A DNA stretch of 64,000 bases from Raja brachyura (taxonomy: Eukaryota), in NCBI GenBank assembly GCA_963514005.1, contig OY740809.1, forward strand, positions 28,892,001 through 28,956,000, written 5' to 3'. Under the pieces are notes generated by a model that was given only the letters and a program-made list of their open reading frames with translations, had not been told where the DNA came from and did not search any database. Numbering within the stretch: the first letter of the stretch is position 1; each line of letters opens with the position of its first letter. Position numbers and translations under genes: made by a program. Positions 50,653 to 64,000 of the stretch are shown here, in pieces.

Positions 50653-50756
50653 CTCAGCATTATACCACCTATTCTAATTGCTCGTTTCCAGTCCTTCAGT
50701 GTAGATTTCCCTGCAAGATGTACAAACTGCTTTGGGCTTATGAGCTGTTCATTAAA
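50653..50756 (-). CDS. GMEB1: GMEB1 exon, SAND domain with KDWK motif (FNEQLISPKQFVHLAGKSTLKDWKRAIRIGGIMLR)
   Basis: 104 nt, canonical splice sites, KDWK DNA-binding motif. Confidence 0.96.
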
Positions 50757-50784
50757 CTAAAAAAAAGAAATACAAAATTCATAG

Positions 50785-52090
50785 TCAGAGTCATACAGCA
50801 TGGAAACAGGCCACACAACCCAACTTGCCCATGTCGATCAAGATGCCCCATCTACGTTAGTCCCACGTAGAAACATAGAAAATAGGTGCAGAAGTAGGCT
50901 ATTCGGCCTTTTGTGCCAGCACTGCCATTCAATATGAATGTGGCTGATCATCCAAAATCAGTACCCCGTTCCTGCTTTCTCCCCATATCCCTTGATTCTG
51001 TTAGCCCTAAGAGCTACAGCTAACTGTATTTTGAAAACATCCAGTGAATTGGCCTCCAATGCCTTCTGTGGTATTGAATTCCACAGATTCGCATGACAAA
51101 GTATTTCCTCATCTCAGGCCTAAATGGTCTACCCCTTATTCTAATAACTGTGATCTCTGGTTCTGGGACTCCTCCAACATCAGGAACATTTTTCCAGCAT
51201 CTCGCCTGTCCAATCCCTTAAGAATTTTAAATCCCCTCTCATCCTTCTAAATTCCAGTAAGTAAAAGCTCAATCGACCCATTCTTTCATCATATGTCAGT
51301 CCCGCCATTCCGTGAATTAACCTGGTGAACCAACGCTGCACTCCCTCAATAGCAAGAATGCCCTTGCTCAAATTAGGAGACCAAAACTACACACAATACT
51401 CCAGGTGTGGGCTCACCTGGGCCCTATACAACGACAGTAGGACCCCCCCCCCCGCCCCCGCTCCTATATTCAAATCCTCTCGCTATGAAGGCCAACATGC
51501 CATTTACTTTCGTCATTGCCTGGTGTACCTGCATGCTTACTTTCAGTAACTGATGTGCAAGGACACCCAGGTCTCATTGCACCTCCCCTTTTCCTAACCT
51601 GACACCATTCAGATAATAATCTGCCTTCTTATTTTTGCCACCAAAGTGGATAACCTCACATTTATCCACATTATACTTCACCTGCCATGCGTCGGCCTAC
51701 TCACCCAACCTATCCTAGTCACCCTGCAGCCTCATAGCATCGTCCTTGCAGCTCACACTGCCACCCAGCTTTGTATCATCCGCAAACCCTTTACATTTTT
51801 TACATTTCAATCTGCCCGGGTTTGGCCCATATCCCACAAAAACCTTTCTATCCATGTACCATCCCAATGTCTGTTAAAAGTTGTTATATAATACCCGTCT
51901 CAACTACATGCTCTGGAAGCTTGTTCCATATAACCACCACCCAGTGAGTGAAAAAGTTGCCCCTCAGGTTCTTATTAAATCTTTCCCCTTACCTTGAACC
52001 TACATCGCCTAGTTCTTGATTCCCATACCCTGGATAAAAGACCCTATGCATCACCCTTATCTATTTTCCCTCATGATTTTATACACAATT
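50785..52090 (-). mobile_element. Two nested CR1 LINE 3' fragments
   Basis: ORF 51180..51371 AIEGVQRWFTRLIHGMAGLTYDERM. The inner copy (~50868-51790) resembles 30476-31165; the outer copy is split around it. Confidence 0.85.
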
Positions 52091-52867
52091 CAGTTTAAAT
52101 TGGAAGTATTACCCATGCAGAGAATACCTATTCTGGTAGTAGGAAAATAAAAACATAAACAAGAGCAGAAGAAATTAAACCCTTGAGTTCTAATCAAATT
52201 AGATCATGCAAGATCCAATCTTGGTGACCATACCATTTTCCAACACTGCACTTAAAATAGTGAATCTAAACCTTGAACATATGCATGACTCCACCCCTGG
52301 AGCTTTGTGGAGCAAATAATTCAAAGATTCAGTAGTGATTTATAGGCAAATTGATCCTCAACCTTCTGATTTAATCCCAATTTCGATTTACCTGCCCCAG
52401 TTATCCAAAATTGGGTTTACCAATTTTAACAGACAAGATGGCTGCAAATTAAGAACAGACTCATGGTGGGTTTCAATTCTGCAGCTCTCTATACATTGTA
52501 AAAAGGATTGCCCCTTACTTGTAAATATAAGCAGCATAAGCATCTGGTCTGATTTTTCATAACACCACCATGAACCATTTGTGAGGGACACCAGGACGTT
52601 CCTGACATTTTTGTGGGAGATCCACAGGACGATGGTGACTCTGATGTAGGTGCCGGCACCAGTTTACTCTCTGTAATAAATCCAAGGAGGGTTGTTCCAG
52701 CTACAGAACCCTCATTGCTATCTCCTTTGAGCCACCATAATTCTATTCCAGTCAAACGTCCAACATAGGACTATGCCAGTCTGACTCATCAATACTGAGC
52801 AGCACATCAAGCAATCATCAAAAATATCAGAATAGTAGCAGCAAGAACATTTTAATCTCAATCATAC

Positions 52868-52980
52868 CTTTACGCATTTCACATTAATCCCCGGGCAAAC
52901 AAACTTCTTCCACATTAGAATGGCTTTGCTTTCGCCGCAAGTGATAGGATAAGCAATTTCAACATCTTCATTGCAGATAT
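52868..52980 (-). CDS. GMEB1: GMEB1 exon, start of SAND domain (DICNEDVEIAYPITCGESKAILMWKKFVCPGINVKCVK)
   Basis: 113 nt, tttcAG acceptor and GT donor; YPITCGESKA...KKFVCPGINVKCV is the GMEB signature. Confidence 0.96.
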
Positions 52981-55900
52981 CTGAAATTAAAAAAACAATA
53001 CCATATTATTTTACTGTACACATGAAGTACATTGTGGGAATGTCATTAAACAAGTAATCCAAAATGCTTGGTCAAAATCCCATGCTAGGATTGGATCTAC
53101 ATTAAATTTATTCCCGATTTAATTAAAAGCTAATATGGTAATGATAACTATTAAATTACCAGATGGCAAATCCATGGATTTTGACACAAATTTGCTTTTA
53201 GGAAGGAAATATGCTACTTTAACCCATTCCGGGCAGTCCACTTAAGACTTGAAGCAAGTGGTTAACTAACAAGCCACTAAAACAACTCCCCACCACCTAC
53301 TTCGGGCCAATTAACAATATGAAGTACAAGCTGACATGGTAAATAGGCACTCACACCCCACGAATGGATGAACTAAGAAAAAAAGCTAGGTCACTGATTA
53401 TTCCTACTTTTCTTTGGAAAACAATTCAAAAAATCATCACACAGCCAATGGGAGAATGAAAACACACAACTGAATCACGTCACTTGGTCTTGCTCCACCA
53501 TTTAATAATATCTTAACAAATCCTGCACTGCAATTCAACTGATATATTATTATCTGATATACCTTGATCCCATGGTATCCAAAAATGTCAATTTCTTGAC
53601 TGCACACTCAACAACTATTCCATTGAGGAGTAGAAAATCGACAGCAGACAATCTCCTGGTAAACTAGTTATGCATTGTGCTAAAGAGTGCTAAATTGTGC
53701 TAAAGAGTGCATTGTGCTGGAGTCAGGAAAGTCTATACTTTCACCACAAAATGCACGCAACAAGATTTAAGGATGTACAAAGTATCGTCGGTTAAATCAT
53801 GATCATAAAGAGCAATCCTTAAAAAAACCTCTATTGAAGAGAGAGCATGTGTTATATCGATTAAACTAGCCCCTCGTCTAGGAGGTTTATAATCTAATGT
53901 AAAAGAGTGTTCCTTGTTACATGATGTTTCACATTATAACATGCTATCAGTTGAGTGAAAAGTCAGCTCATTTAAGAGGGGCATATTCGAGTGCTCTCTC
54001 TACATCTACATTTCTTGTAATCTTTCACATTTACCGTTTAAATGGAAATTCAAGCATAGTAGCACATCAGTTTTCCAAGCTACCCAAGTGAAATCAGCAA
54101 AACGCAAAAATCAACAAATCTGTTTAAAACTTTTTTTCAACTTTCCAACTGCACACCCCTGAGAGTCAGTAAGTAGCCAGTGACTGGATGTTGTGACTGG
54201 TGCTAGAGTTGTAGATTTTTAACAAGTGAAAATGCAACCATTCCTGCTCAGCCTTGAGGCTCCCATGCCATGTTTTGCCAATGTACATCTTGGATTGAGA
54301 CTTGAAGTGGTCCAAGTTCATTTGGTGGGAGTGTATTCATATCAGGACAACAGAATCCACCACAAGGCCATTTGGCCCATTGCCCCTGAGCCAACTCCAC
54401 AAAAGTACGATGTCTTAGCCGATTGGGCAAAGTAATGTGTTTCCATGGTGACATGTCTGAATTAATTTATAAAAACATTTGCATTGTATGTGAAATTAAT
54501 TTTATTCCGTGAGGATAATCCCAAAAAGTGGTAAAAGGCTAACAGCTACTGATTGGTTGAATTACATCAAAGTGAGAAACTTGGGCATTAATAGCACTGC
54601 AGACCTCAGTCCTTACTGGCATTTAATTAGGACAGTAACCTCAGATAATCTGCTATCCGATATGCAGAAATCCCAACTGTTTGGCATGTGGGTGACATGG
54701 GCCCTTACATTTCTTACTCTTCATTTCAACTCTCAAGAAATACAAGGCAATACATTTTGGAAAGCTATAAAGGACAGATTCAGTAAATGGAAGATCGCAA
54801 AGTAATACTGATAAACATAGTCATCTTGGGTTTAAGTCCACAGTTCCCTGAAAGTGGCGCAAATGTAGATATGGTTGTTTTTATATAGACACGTGCTTGT
54901 CATTATAGGCAAGGGCATAGAACGTAACATTTTGGACTTTACAAAACACTGGTTCAAATGTACTTATGTTCAGTTCTAGTATTCACAGGGAACATTTTTC
55001 TTTACACATAAAAGATGAAACATGCTGCCAGAGATAGTGATGGAGTCAGATACAATCTCTATATTTAAGAGACAATTGGACAGGCACTTAAATAGGCACA
55101 GCATAGGATATAGATCTACTGTCAGAAAATGGGATTATTGTAGTTGGGCAAAAAAGTCAGGATGGACAGTGGTCAAAGGGTCCTGCTCAACGAGTGACTA
55201 GTAGCCGAAGATTGAATTGAAAGATTTACCAGTCTTGATGAACCTTCTCTTCCGATCCACATAGCAAACACGTTATTCTGGTTCTCTGTTAATCTCTCTC
55301 AGACTCGGGTATTCCATTAAAATAGCCTAGTTATTCTAAATACCCCTTGAACATTCCCAGAGTTTGGTTCTATAAATGATGTGGTGAAATATATTTCAGA
55401 AGCAAGTAAAACAAATCCAACCAGCTCTTTGCCAGGTGATCGGCTGGTGAGTGAGGTTTAACATGGGCAACCTGAAATTGTTGGTTGGTACTGAAAGTAA
55501 AGAGGCCATGATGGAAATATACAGGGTTTTTGAGTACGTTACAGAATTGGAGTATGGTGGTTTGCAAAAACTTGGCTGAGAGCTATTTGTAAAAGCTCAA
55601 TGACTGGAATTCTACACAAAGGAAGCAAAGCAAGACCCCAAATAAGCATGACATTCTTCATAGCATACAAAACACACATAGCATAGGTAAGAAATAGCAA
55701 AACAACTTCCAGACTTCATGTTATTCCCATTTTGCTGGGTTTTGTTTACAAACAAAATTCCATCCTCTGACATTTACTAATAGTCCTCTACTCCGTTTCC
55801 GTAACCTCCTCCACTTTCCACAGTAAATAAAAGCACACCTAGACAAGCATGGGTTAAGATGCAGAGCAAACCACCGTTTACATTTCTCCCATCAACCATG

Positions 55901-57334
55901 CAACATCTAGCCACAGCTGTCTAAATACAACAATCTCTATACATTCCACATAGTCTCACTTAGTTTGCTAATGCAAGACATCATGTGTTCTGTGAGTGAG
56001 GCTTCAATTTAGTCACATGCTCACTCATTGTGCAGCGGCTGCGTTGAATTTGCCTTGACACTTATTTTACATGGCCTTCACAGCTGAATGGAGATGATTT
56101 TCTTGCTACCAGACTGGTCTGGATTTAAACATACTGGTCTAGGTTTAAACATAATGATCAGGCATATGAGCCTCCATGGAATTTTGCATTCTTTGCTTGA
56201 GATTAGGGGGAGATGCAAAGAAAATTCTGCATTAAATGCTCCCAATTACATTGATCTTTGTAGAAATGAACTGCCACTGTGGAACTGACTCACATATTTT
56301 GGAGCACAGCAGTTGTTTAGTGTCCTTGGCTGTTGTCAGACAGGCAGGGTGAGGATTCAACAAATATCAGCATGCCAAATCAGACGGTAAAAGAAGAATC
56401 AAATCTGCATACTATTTATCATTTTGCATCGACTCCTTCCTGGACCTATCCATCAACCAAATAAGGGTGGCAAATTCAACCTCATCCATGTTGCAATCTC
56501 GTGATTGTAAAGCAACACTGTCCTCTGCTTCAACCCCTCCCCAATAACAACCTTCATCTTACATGGTATTTTTAAACTTATGTTAATGCCCATATCACTT
56601 CATGTGAGCATTAGCAAGGAAAAAAAATGGCAGTCACAAAAAGAGGCATTGATGACAAGCAACCGAACTTTATCAAAGCCCACACTAAAAGCAATATTTT
56701 AGCAAGACAACATTCAGTAGCTAGAAAACAGAGAACACAATACACAGTTCCAAGAAACCAGTGGAGAAAATTCATGAAGACACATATGTCAAGTGCAATA
56801 CCATATTTAAATGAATTACTCTGTTCGTTCACTCCATTTCTATTACATCATTCAGCCGACGGCAAGATCTGTGTCCCGATCACCATCAAAGCTACTCTTT
56901 TGAGCTACATTTTTGTTTACAATTTCCCCATGTTCTCTCCTCATGGGCACTCACAAGTCAGGGTTTGCTGACAGTACTGTTCCCTAGATGAACTTCAGAT
57001 GCAGAAGCAGGAAATGTCCTCAGTGTAAAACAGTTCCTGGCACTCATTCAGCAATTTAGTGAAACCACAAACTCAGAACCAAATAATCTTTGCACAAAAG
57101 TGGAAGCTCGTGCACTCTTCTCAAATTTTATTACAACTGCCATGTTCTTACCTGCTCACTGAGTAAACGTATTACATTATTGTTACTAAACATCAGTTAC
57201 ATCAAATGATAACAATCACCATTTGATCCCCCAACTTATGAATTAAATTGAATCTACATTTTTATTACTTTCCCTAACTACCGCAATATAGTGTGATTCA
57301 CATTGTTGCAATATCTCATGGGATTACTGAGTTA

Positions 57335-57673
57335 AGGACCTGTCCCTCTTTCCCGAGTTATTCACGCATTCTCCTGACTTTTCAAACTCGCAGAATGTTG
57401 GTAACGAGTCCTTAGGAGTCCATGGATGTATCGTAGCGGCTCGTTATGCCAGCCGTAGGTACACGGGGCTATTTTTTCACTTGTGGATATTTTTCATCAT
57501 GCTGAAAAAACGTTCCGACTTACCTGATGCCCCGAGTACCTATGGCTGGCATATCGAGCCGCTACGACATATCCACCGACTCCCACGGCCTCCTACGGAG
57601 TCGTTACAAACATTCTGCGAGTTTGAAAACTCAGGAGAATTTGTGAATAACTCGGGAAAGTGGGACAGGCCCT
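57335..57673. mobile_element. PIF/Harbinger-like MITE
   Basis: TTA TSD on both sides (57332-57334 and 57674-57676); long imperfect TIRs starting AGGACCTGTCCC and ending GGGACAGGCCCT. Confidence 0.82.
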
Positions 57674-60113
57674 TTACACAGGTAATAAATGCCCTGGCAG
57701 ATTTGTGCCTTGAGAAGCAACCTTGGCAAGCTAGCTTACCATTGGGCAGAATAAACTAGCTCAAAAACCGCTTGGTTTCTTTCTGGTCGGAGTTACGGGA
57801 CAATGATAGGCACTATTAACACTGTCTGATTTTGCTTCGCTGACGTATGGGTGATACACGTAGTAACGTTTCTGAATGTTTCAGCTGGAATCAGAACGGC
57901 ATAGGGGTCAAATCTGGAATTCTCATGACTCAGTTCTACTCTGAGCCTATTAGTAAAATACTGATTAATACACAAAATAAAGAAAATGTGATTTCAGTGT
58001 TATTACAGTCTTTAAATTCTCAACCTTCTTGTTCCCTCAGTTGCACTCCTAATTTGCTCTCTCATCTTCAAATCCTGTTTATCTTCATGCACCAGGCAGC
58101 TAGGAAGCAAGAGTTTCTGCAGCAGTGCCCAAGACACATGGCTTTTGCATTGAGCTGTTTCCCCAACACAAGCATCCTCACAATGACATACTGTACAGAT
58201 GCTAGCCACACATTGATGGTCTGTGCACCTTACAGTCAGCTCCAATAATTGATATCATTTTGATTGAAGTAAATGAGCATAAGCTTAAGTCAATGACTGA
58301 ACCAAGAGTTAATTTAGAGCTAGAGCATCCTTAGCAGAGAGACATTGATAAACAATGGATTGATTGTCCTTCATTGTCAATGATGCTCAAACTGCTAGAA
58401 CGATAAGCAACTATTCAACATGTGGTTCACAATAGCAAGTATGTGGTTATTAAAACAAGGCCCAATGACATTTTCAACTAGCATTCAGACAACACTTTGT
58501 CTTTTCAGCCTAAGTCTTCACAGCTTCCTGTCAAATTATCATCCTAGCCTGGAAAGACAGTAGAGCAGTGGCCAGGGTATGGACTTTCTGGTCCATACCT
58601 TTTCCTAAAATTGGACGTGCTTTAATAAACCAGAGAAATAAGGGATTTAAATATAAGTTGGTGCACTCTTCTAAAAGTTTTCAACCAATACAGCAAAACC
58701 CAGCAACCAAATCATTTTATTCATTTACAGAATGTACATATATATTTTCCAATGATGGAAAGTACACATTTTCAAATCCTGACTCGTTAAAGGAATGCAA
58801 ACAATCTAATTTAATAGGCACAAGCAGTTTTAAGTTTTCTTTTAGCTTAATTGTGGAAATACCCTTCCCGACAGCAAATAAACGCTGTCAACTCAACAGC
58901 CAGTGCGTTCAACAACTTTCAAACATTACAAGTGATCTCAGAAGATATGGAGGAACTGTGAAACCTCACATTAGTCAGTTACAAATTCAGCATTGCACTG
59001 CAATACACCAGAGAATTAAACAACCATTATAAGATTTCCCTGCAACATCCGGGTTGAGAATAGCAGATACGGCCCAGGATTGTTTCAGTGGATTTGTAAA
59101 GGAAAATAAATGTATACATTGCATTTCGTGATGTATAATCACTGTCTAAAGCAGCACATCACTTGCACATGTCCGGGCTACATACATCACAATGAAATAA
59201 TGACCAGATGAACTATTTACTGGTGAGTAAAGAAGAAAAAAAACACATTTTCAGTTCATTCACCTCTGAAAAAGTTGCTCTTTTTCAAATTTGAGCTAAG
59301 CAGTGCTTCATGAGGAGCACCAGCCTAAATGTTATGTTCAAGTCTCAAGGGACACAAAAACCATCATCATTCTACTAAGTATTCAGCTCCTTCCAGTGGT
59401 TCAATGAATGCTCTGGACTGTGATTTATACCCAAACATAGACAAGGTATCAATCAATTGTGCCTATGGTCTGAAAGCCTTTTTCTGGCAAAATTCTTCTT
59501 ACTCCTATCAAATTCCCTTCACAAAGAAACCTATATTTTAAGAAAACGGACACTATTGTCTGCTCACATATATATCCAGAGAATGTATACTGCATTGAGA
59601 ACTACAAAGATGTTTATGTCCTTCCAGTAACCTGTTGAGCTGATTCCAAGTTGGAGGCAGTGCATGATGATAAAACCTTGTGGGAAAATGGATTTGAGAT
59701 AGTAGAACAGCCTTGCTGAGCCTTGATCTTAATGATCAGTGGGCAAGACTCAAGTGACTGCATATCATATTCCTATTTCTTATCAAACTGATATTGTGAA
59801 AACTCTTTGGATTATCCTGTTAGGATTTGTTTAAACGAGTCCAGAGTTAAGTGTTTGTCACTGAATAAATTTGAAATCAGAGAAGATGTATAGTTTAACG
59901 GGATGATATATTTAAAGCATTGAAATAACAGTTAAGTAACACAGTTTAATTAGGTTCTTGATTAGCAAAGGTGTCAAAGGTTATAGGGAAAAGACAAGAG
60001 AATGGGCCTGAGAGGGAAAGATAGATCAGCCATGAATGAGTGGCGGAGTAGACTCGATGGGCTAAATGGCCTAAATCTGCTCCTATGAGTTATGAACTAG
60101 GTAATTTCAGTAA

Positions 60114-60313
60114 AGGGCCTGTCCCACGGGCGTTATTTACGCTACATCATTTATGTGTGATGCGCGCATGGCGTGCATTACATGCTTGGCGCGTGGTGAG
60201 ACGTGGTGGCGTAGGCAGAGACGCGCAGTAGAGCCCCAGGATTTTGGGATTCTCAAAATCGTCGCTCGCCACCTGCGTGATGCGCAATATGTCGCCCAAG
60301 TGGGACAGGCCAC
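60114..60313. mobile_element. PIF/Harbinger-like MITE
   Basis: TAA TSD (60111-60113 and 60314-60316); AGGGCCTGTCCCAC...GTGGGACAGGCC termini. Confidence 0.78.
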
Positions 60314-60544
60314 TAAATGGAAATTGTTTCGTAGCTGAAGGATAAACACCAAATGGTCACAGATTTAAAGTGATCAGCAAAAGGGAAAAGTTACTTTATC
60401 CAAAAAGAACCAAGGATCTGGACATGTTTTTCTGATGTGATGGATGGAGCTTCACAACAGTGAAAGAGGAATTGGTTAAATGCAAAGAAAAATAATTATA
60501 AGGATGCAAAGGGCAGGAAACTGTGACTGTGTCGAACAAAGGCA

Positions 60545-61160
60545 GGATCTACACAGTAAATGGTAGGCCTCTGGGTAGCGTTGTAGAGCAGAGGGATCTA
60601 AGAGTACAGGTGCATGGTTCCTTGAAAGTCGAGTCACGTGTAGCTAAAGTAGCTTGAGTATAGAAGTTGGGAGGTCATGTTGCAGTTGTACAAGACGTTG
60701 GTGAGACCGCATCTAGAATATTGTGTTCAGTCTGGGCAACACGTTATAGGAAAGATATTGTCATGCTTGAAAGGGTTCAGAAAAGATTTACGAGGATGTT
60801 GCCAGGACTAGAGAGTGTGAGCTATAGGGAGAGGTTAAATAGGCTGGGTCTCTATTCCATGGAGCACAGGAGGATGAGGGGTGATCTTATAGAGGTGTAC
60901 AAAATCATGAGAGGAATAGATCGGGTAGATGCACAGAGTCTTTTACCCAGAGTAGGGGAATTGAGGACCAGAGGACATAGGTTCAAGGTGAAGTGGCAAA
61001 GATTTAATAGGAATAGGTAACTTTTTAAACACACAGGGTGGTGGGTGTATGGAACAAGCTGCCAGACGAGATAGTTGATGTATTATCCCATTGTTTAAGA
61101 AACCGTTGGACAGGTACATGGATAGGACAGGTTTGAAGAGATATGGACCAAACACAGCTG
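60545..61160 (+). mobile_element. CR1 LINE 3' fragment
   Basis: ORF 60667..61020: LERVQKRFTRMLPGLESVSYRERLNRLGLYS..RMRGDLIEVYKIMRGIDRV..RTRGHRFKV. Confidence 0.92.
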
Positions 61161-62615
61161 TATAACTCTAGACACAGCTGTAGACTCTAGCTCAGTGAAA
61201 GAGCTGGTGTTGCCTCCAGGGGATAAATTAACTTTCTGTGCTTCACTTTTCTTACAATTTTAGTTTCACCCAGAACATGTAAAAAAAAAACTTGTTACTT
61301 GTGACAGAGCATCTGGACTGATTGTAGTAGATAGACAGCAGACAAAATGGAAGCAGGGATAGACCAATGGTCCCTTGCTTTGTCTACAGTTCAGTAAAAT
61401 TGTGGTTAATCCTGGATCTCATACACATTCGTACCGGATCTAATCATCCTTCAATTTCCTGATCTCTGCTTTGAATATACCTTCAAAATAAGACATCATA
61501 GCTCCTTGGATTAGAGAATTCCAGAGATTTACAGCAGAATAAAACATCTCCTCACCTGTCCTTGTCACATTATCTAACAACAGATCATAATACAAACAGT
61601 TACAAAACGATGACCATGACTTCATTTTGATTTTATCTTGTCTCAACCTAAGGGGATTTGATTCAAGGATAAGTCCTAAATGCAGGCCAGTGAACTATAC
61701 AAGAGAATGAGTAAATCCCAAATGAGTTGTCAGCCAGGAAGGTTTTGTTAAACTAACTTAACAACAAGTGGCATTTAATTCGCTGTCAGTTTTTAAAGGA
61801 ACTGGAATGGTAGACCAACCCCTACTCCCCACAGACATCAAGGTCTGCAAATAGCAAGAAGCAGCACAACTTTGTCCAGCCTTTGGCAAAAACAAAGTGT
61901 ATATTTGATCCAGATTATGCCAGGAAACAACTCCACTAGATGCACCCAGAACCTATGGAAAAGAGGCACGGGATCTGTCATCATGGAGATAAGGCCAATA
62001 GAAATCAGAGTATATAATGAAATCGCAAAACATTTGCAATTTCACAAATAAACATTTTATTGATGTTGATGTCTCTAATAAAATCCAGATATTAAACATT
62101 TTATACAGAGAACGTCCCTGTAATTTAATCAATAATACCAGAATAATGACATGCTAAGTATTATTTTAAGCAACTTGGGGAAAGTTGAATCCAGAGCTTG
62201 CTGAACATCCAAAAAGCCAGTTATGCCTATGACCTGAACCACAGCACTGTATAACACAGACTGTCACAAATTATTCTAAGTACATCCAGGTCATCGTTCA
62301 TTGTGATAGCATGACATCAAAATGCTTGTTGAAAAAAAAAATTAAACATTAGTGCAGAACAACGTGCTTCTACGTTCTAAATTGTATACTTCCCATTTTT
62401 TTATTTTTAGGTTGCAGGCTTTCAACGTAACCACTTGCACTGTACATTTACCTGACTTCAAGTTGTTTTATAATTGTTAAAATCATAAGTTGGTCAACTA
62501 AATATTTTGGGGATATGATCCATAGGACACCTTCACCTTGATGTTAAATTAAATTTAAATCTCAATGACGATGTTTGATAAATGTAAAGTAAAGGAAAAG
62601 CATGCAACCACTTAC

Positions 62616-62704
62616 CTTCCCCATCTGCTAACTTCTGTAAAGTGTGAGCCTCCACAGTAACAACCGAAGCATTGCAATTCGACTCCGCTCCGTCTTCACA
62701 CATG
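62616..62704 (-). CDS. GMEB1: GMEB1 internal coding exon (MCEDGAESNCNASVVTVEAHTLQKLADGE)
   Basis: 89 nt, AG...G|GTAAGT; resembles GMEB1 IYEAGSENNTAVVAVETHTIHKIEEG. The upstream ATG exon is outside the window. Confidence 0.85.
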
Positions 62705-64000
62705 CTATCGAAATAATTTGAAATGAATGTCAGAGCCAAAAGGAATCAATGACTGCTCAATTGAAAAGTAGTTCAGGCAAAATATATAGTAGTGCTTTGA
62801 GAATTCTGTTAAGCGCACTGACTGAAATCTTGATGTCTATATATTGAAGTTATGCTAATTGTGGGCATTAATTAAAGCCACACTTACACTTTGTCCCGTA
62901 CACATCACTGCTGTGGTAAAGACTCATCAAGTATCTACGAGGAATCAATATGTTAAGCAAACATAGAGACTGCACTACTAACAACACCTCAGAGTGGAAA
63001 AAGATTTCATCCAGCCAAACTTGGAACTATGAAGAAGTAATGGAAGTAGCCCTGGTGAAATTCATGAAACCAATACAAATTAATGAGGATCAATCAGATG
63101 ATAGCAGCATATTTTACAAAACAATGCTTACATTTGGATAGCACTTACATTTTCTCAGTACTATACTGAATACATTCTTTTTGGCTACACTCGCTGCTGT
63201 CAAGGACTCTTGGCCTGGAGTAACAAGTAAGGCCGGCTCTTATTTGAAATAGTGCCACAGGAACTTGGATAGTCTTAACAGTTGAGACCACAGTTTAATG
63301 CCTGGACCAAAGTAGAGCATGATATTTTACCACGCTCTAACATTAAGCAAAATTACTAAGCAGTGAATTAATTCAATTTACTGATTTTACTGTCTAATGT
63401 GGCCTAATGTCAAATGGTGAAATGCAATGAGCCTCATCTTCTTGAAGAATGTCATGAAGTTAACTGTTTTTCAAACAGTTTAAATAAGTCTTCTGAAGTG
63501 CTCCCTGTAGTAAAGACATTTTGCAGTAACAGTTCTAAAGATAACCTTCAGTATTTCAGCAACACTGTTGCTTTTATACACATGGACCATGACAGATTTC
63601 ATGACAAACCTTGGGATTGGATTCTTGCTTTTGGGAAATGTTCCAATGGATTAGTCAAAACCAAAATCCAGAAGTCAACTGCAGTTTAACCATCACTTGA
63701 TCATCTAAACTCCTGGTTGGTATTGACTATAGTGGAGCATAAGGATTTTATGGTTTGTGCCATAATGTGCTGTGGATAAGTGTAACATCACAGTCTTGTG
63801 GTTTAGTAATCATGTTGTTTCTGGCGTTATTTCAGATAATGGCAGAAGATGCAAGACATATTTGATGGACAAAAAAAGCAAAACCCCACTATTACCTTTC
63901 AACTTAGCTCAAAGCAAGACAGCATTACATAGGACCAGCAAAGGTTATGGATGCAAATGGCGTCAATAACTTAGGGGTATTTGGTTTAAAATAGTGTCAG

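Noticed and set aside
53670-61190. Short local duplications (53670-53720, 56112-56152, 61152-61190)
   Set aside because: Two-copy ~20-bp slippage repeats, ordinary for vertebrate introns and LINE tails.
1-64000. snoRNA, snRNA or miRNA genes in the introns
   Set aside because: No box C/D, H/ACA or snRNA sequence could be recognised by eye; an Infernal/Rfam scan would be needed.

Overview
Vertebrate genomic DNA, AT-rich with one CpG island. The repeat set (HE1/V-SINE-like, Deu-SINE-like, CR1, Penelope-derived elements) suggests a cartilaginous fish, probably a skate or ray; this is inference. Two spliced minus-strand genes lie head-to-tail. GMEB1 (SAND/KDWK transcription factor) has 8 coding exons at 62704->40337, and its ATG exon lies beyond the right edge. 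YTHDF2 (m6A reader) has coding exons 1-4 at 27361->16499; the usual short terminal exon was not found in the window. The rest is intronic or intergenic sequence rich in degraded transposons, and most entries in the ORF track are spurious or transposon-derived. Best second-look items: (1) a young ~100-210 bp non-autonomous Penelope-derived element carrying an apparently intact minimal type-I hammerhead ribozyme core, present in 4 near-identical copies with target-site duplications; (2) a ~4.4 kb tandem array of a chimeric ~477-bp unit abutting the YTHDF2 CpG island; (3) a CR1-derived candidate poison exon in GMEB1; (4) an overlapping 40-codon uORF on YTHDF2; (5) a perfect 82-bp palindrome; (6) four PIF/Harbinger-like MITEs sharing termini. 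None of these is proven to be a new system. Repeat boundaries were read by eye and are approximate unless a TSD or TIR is quoted.
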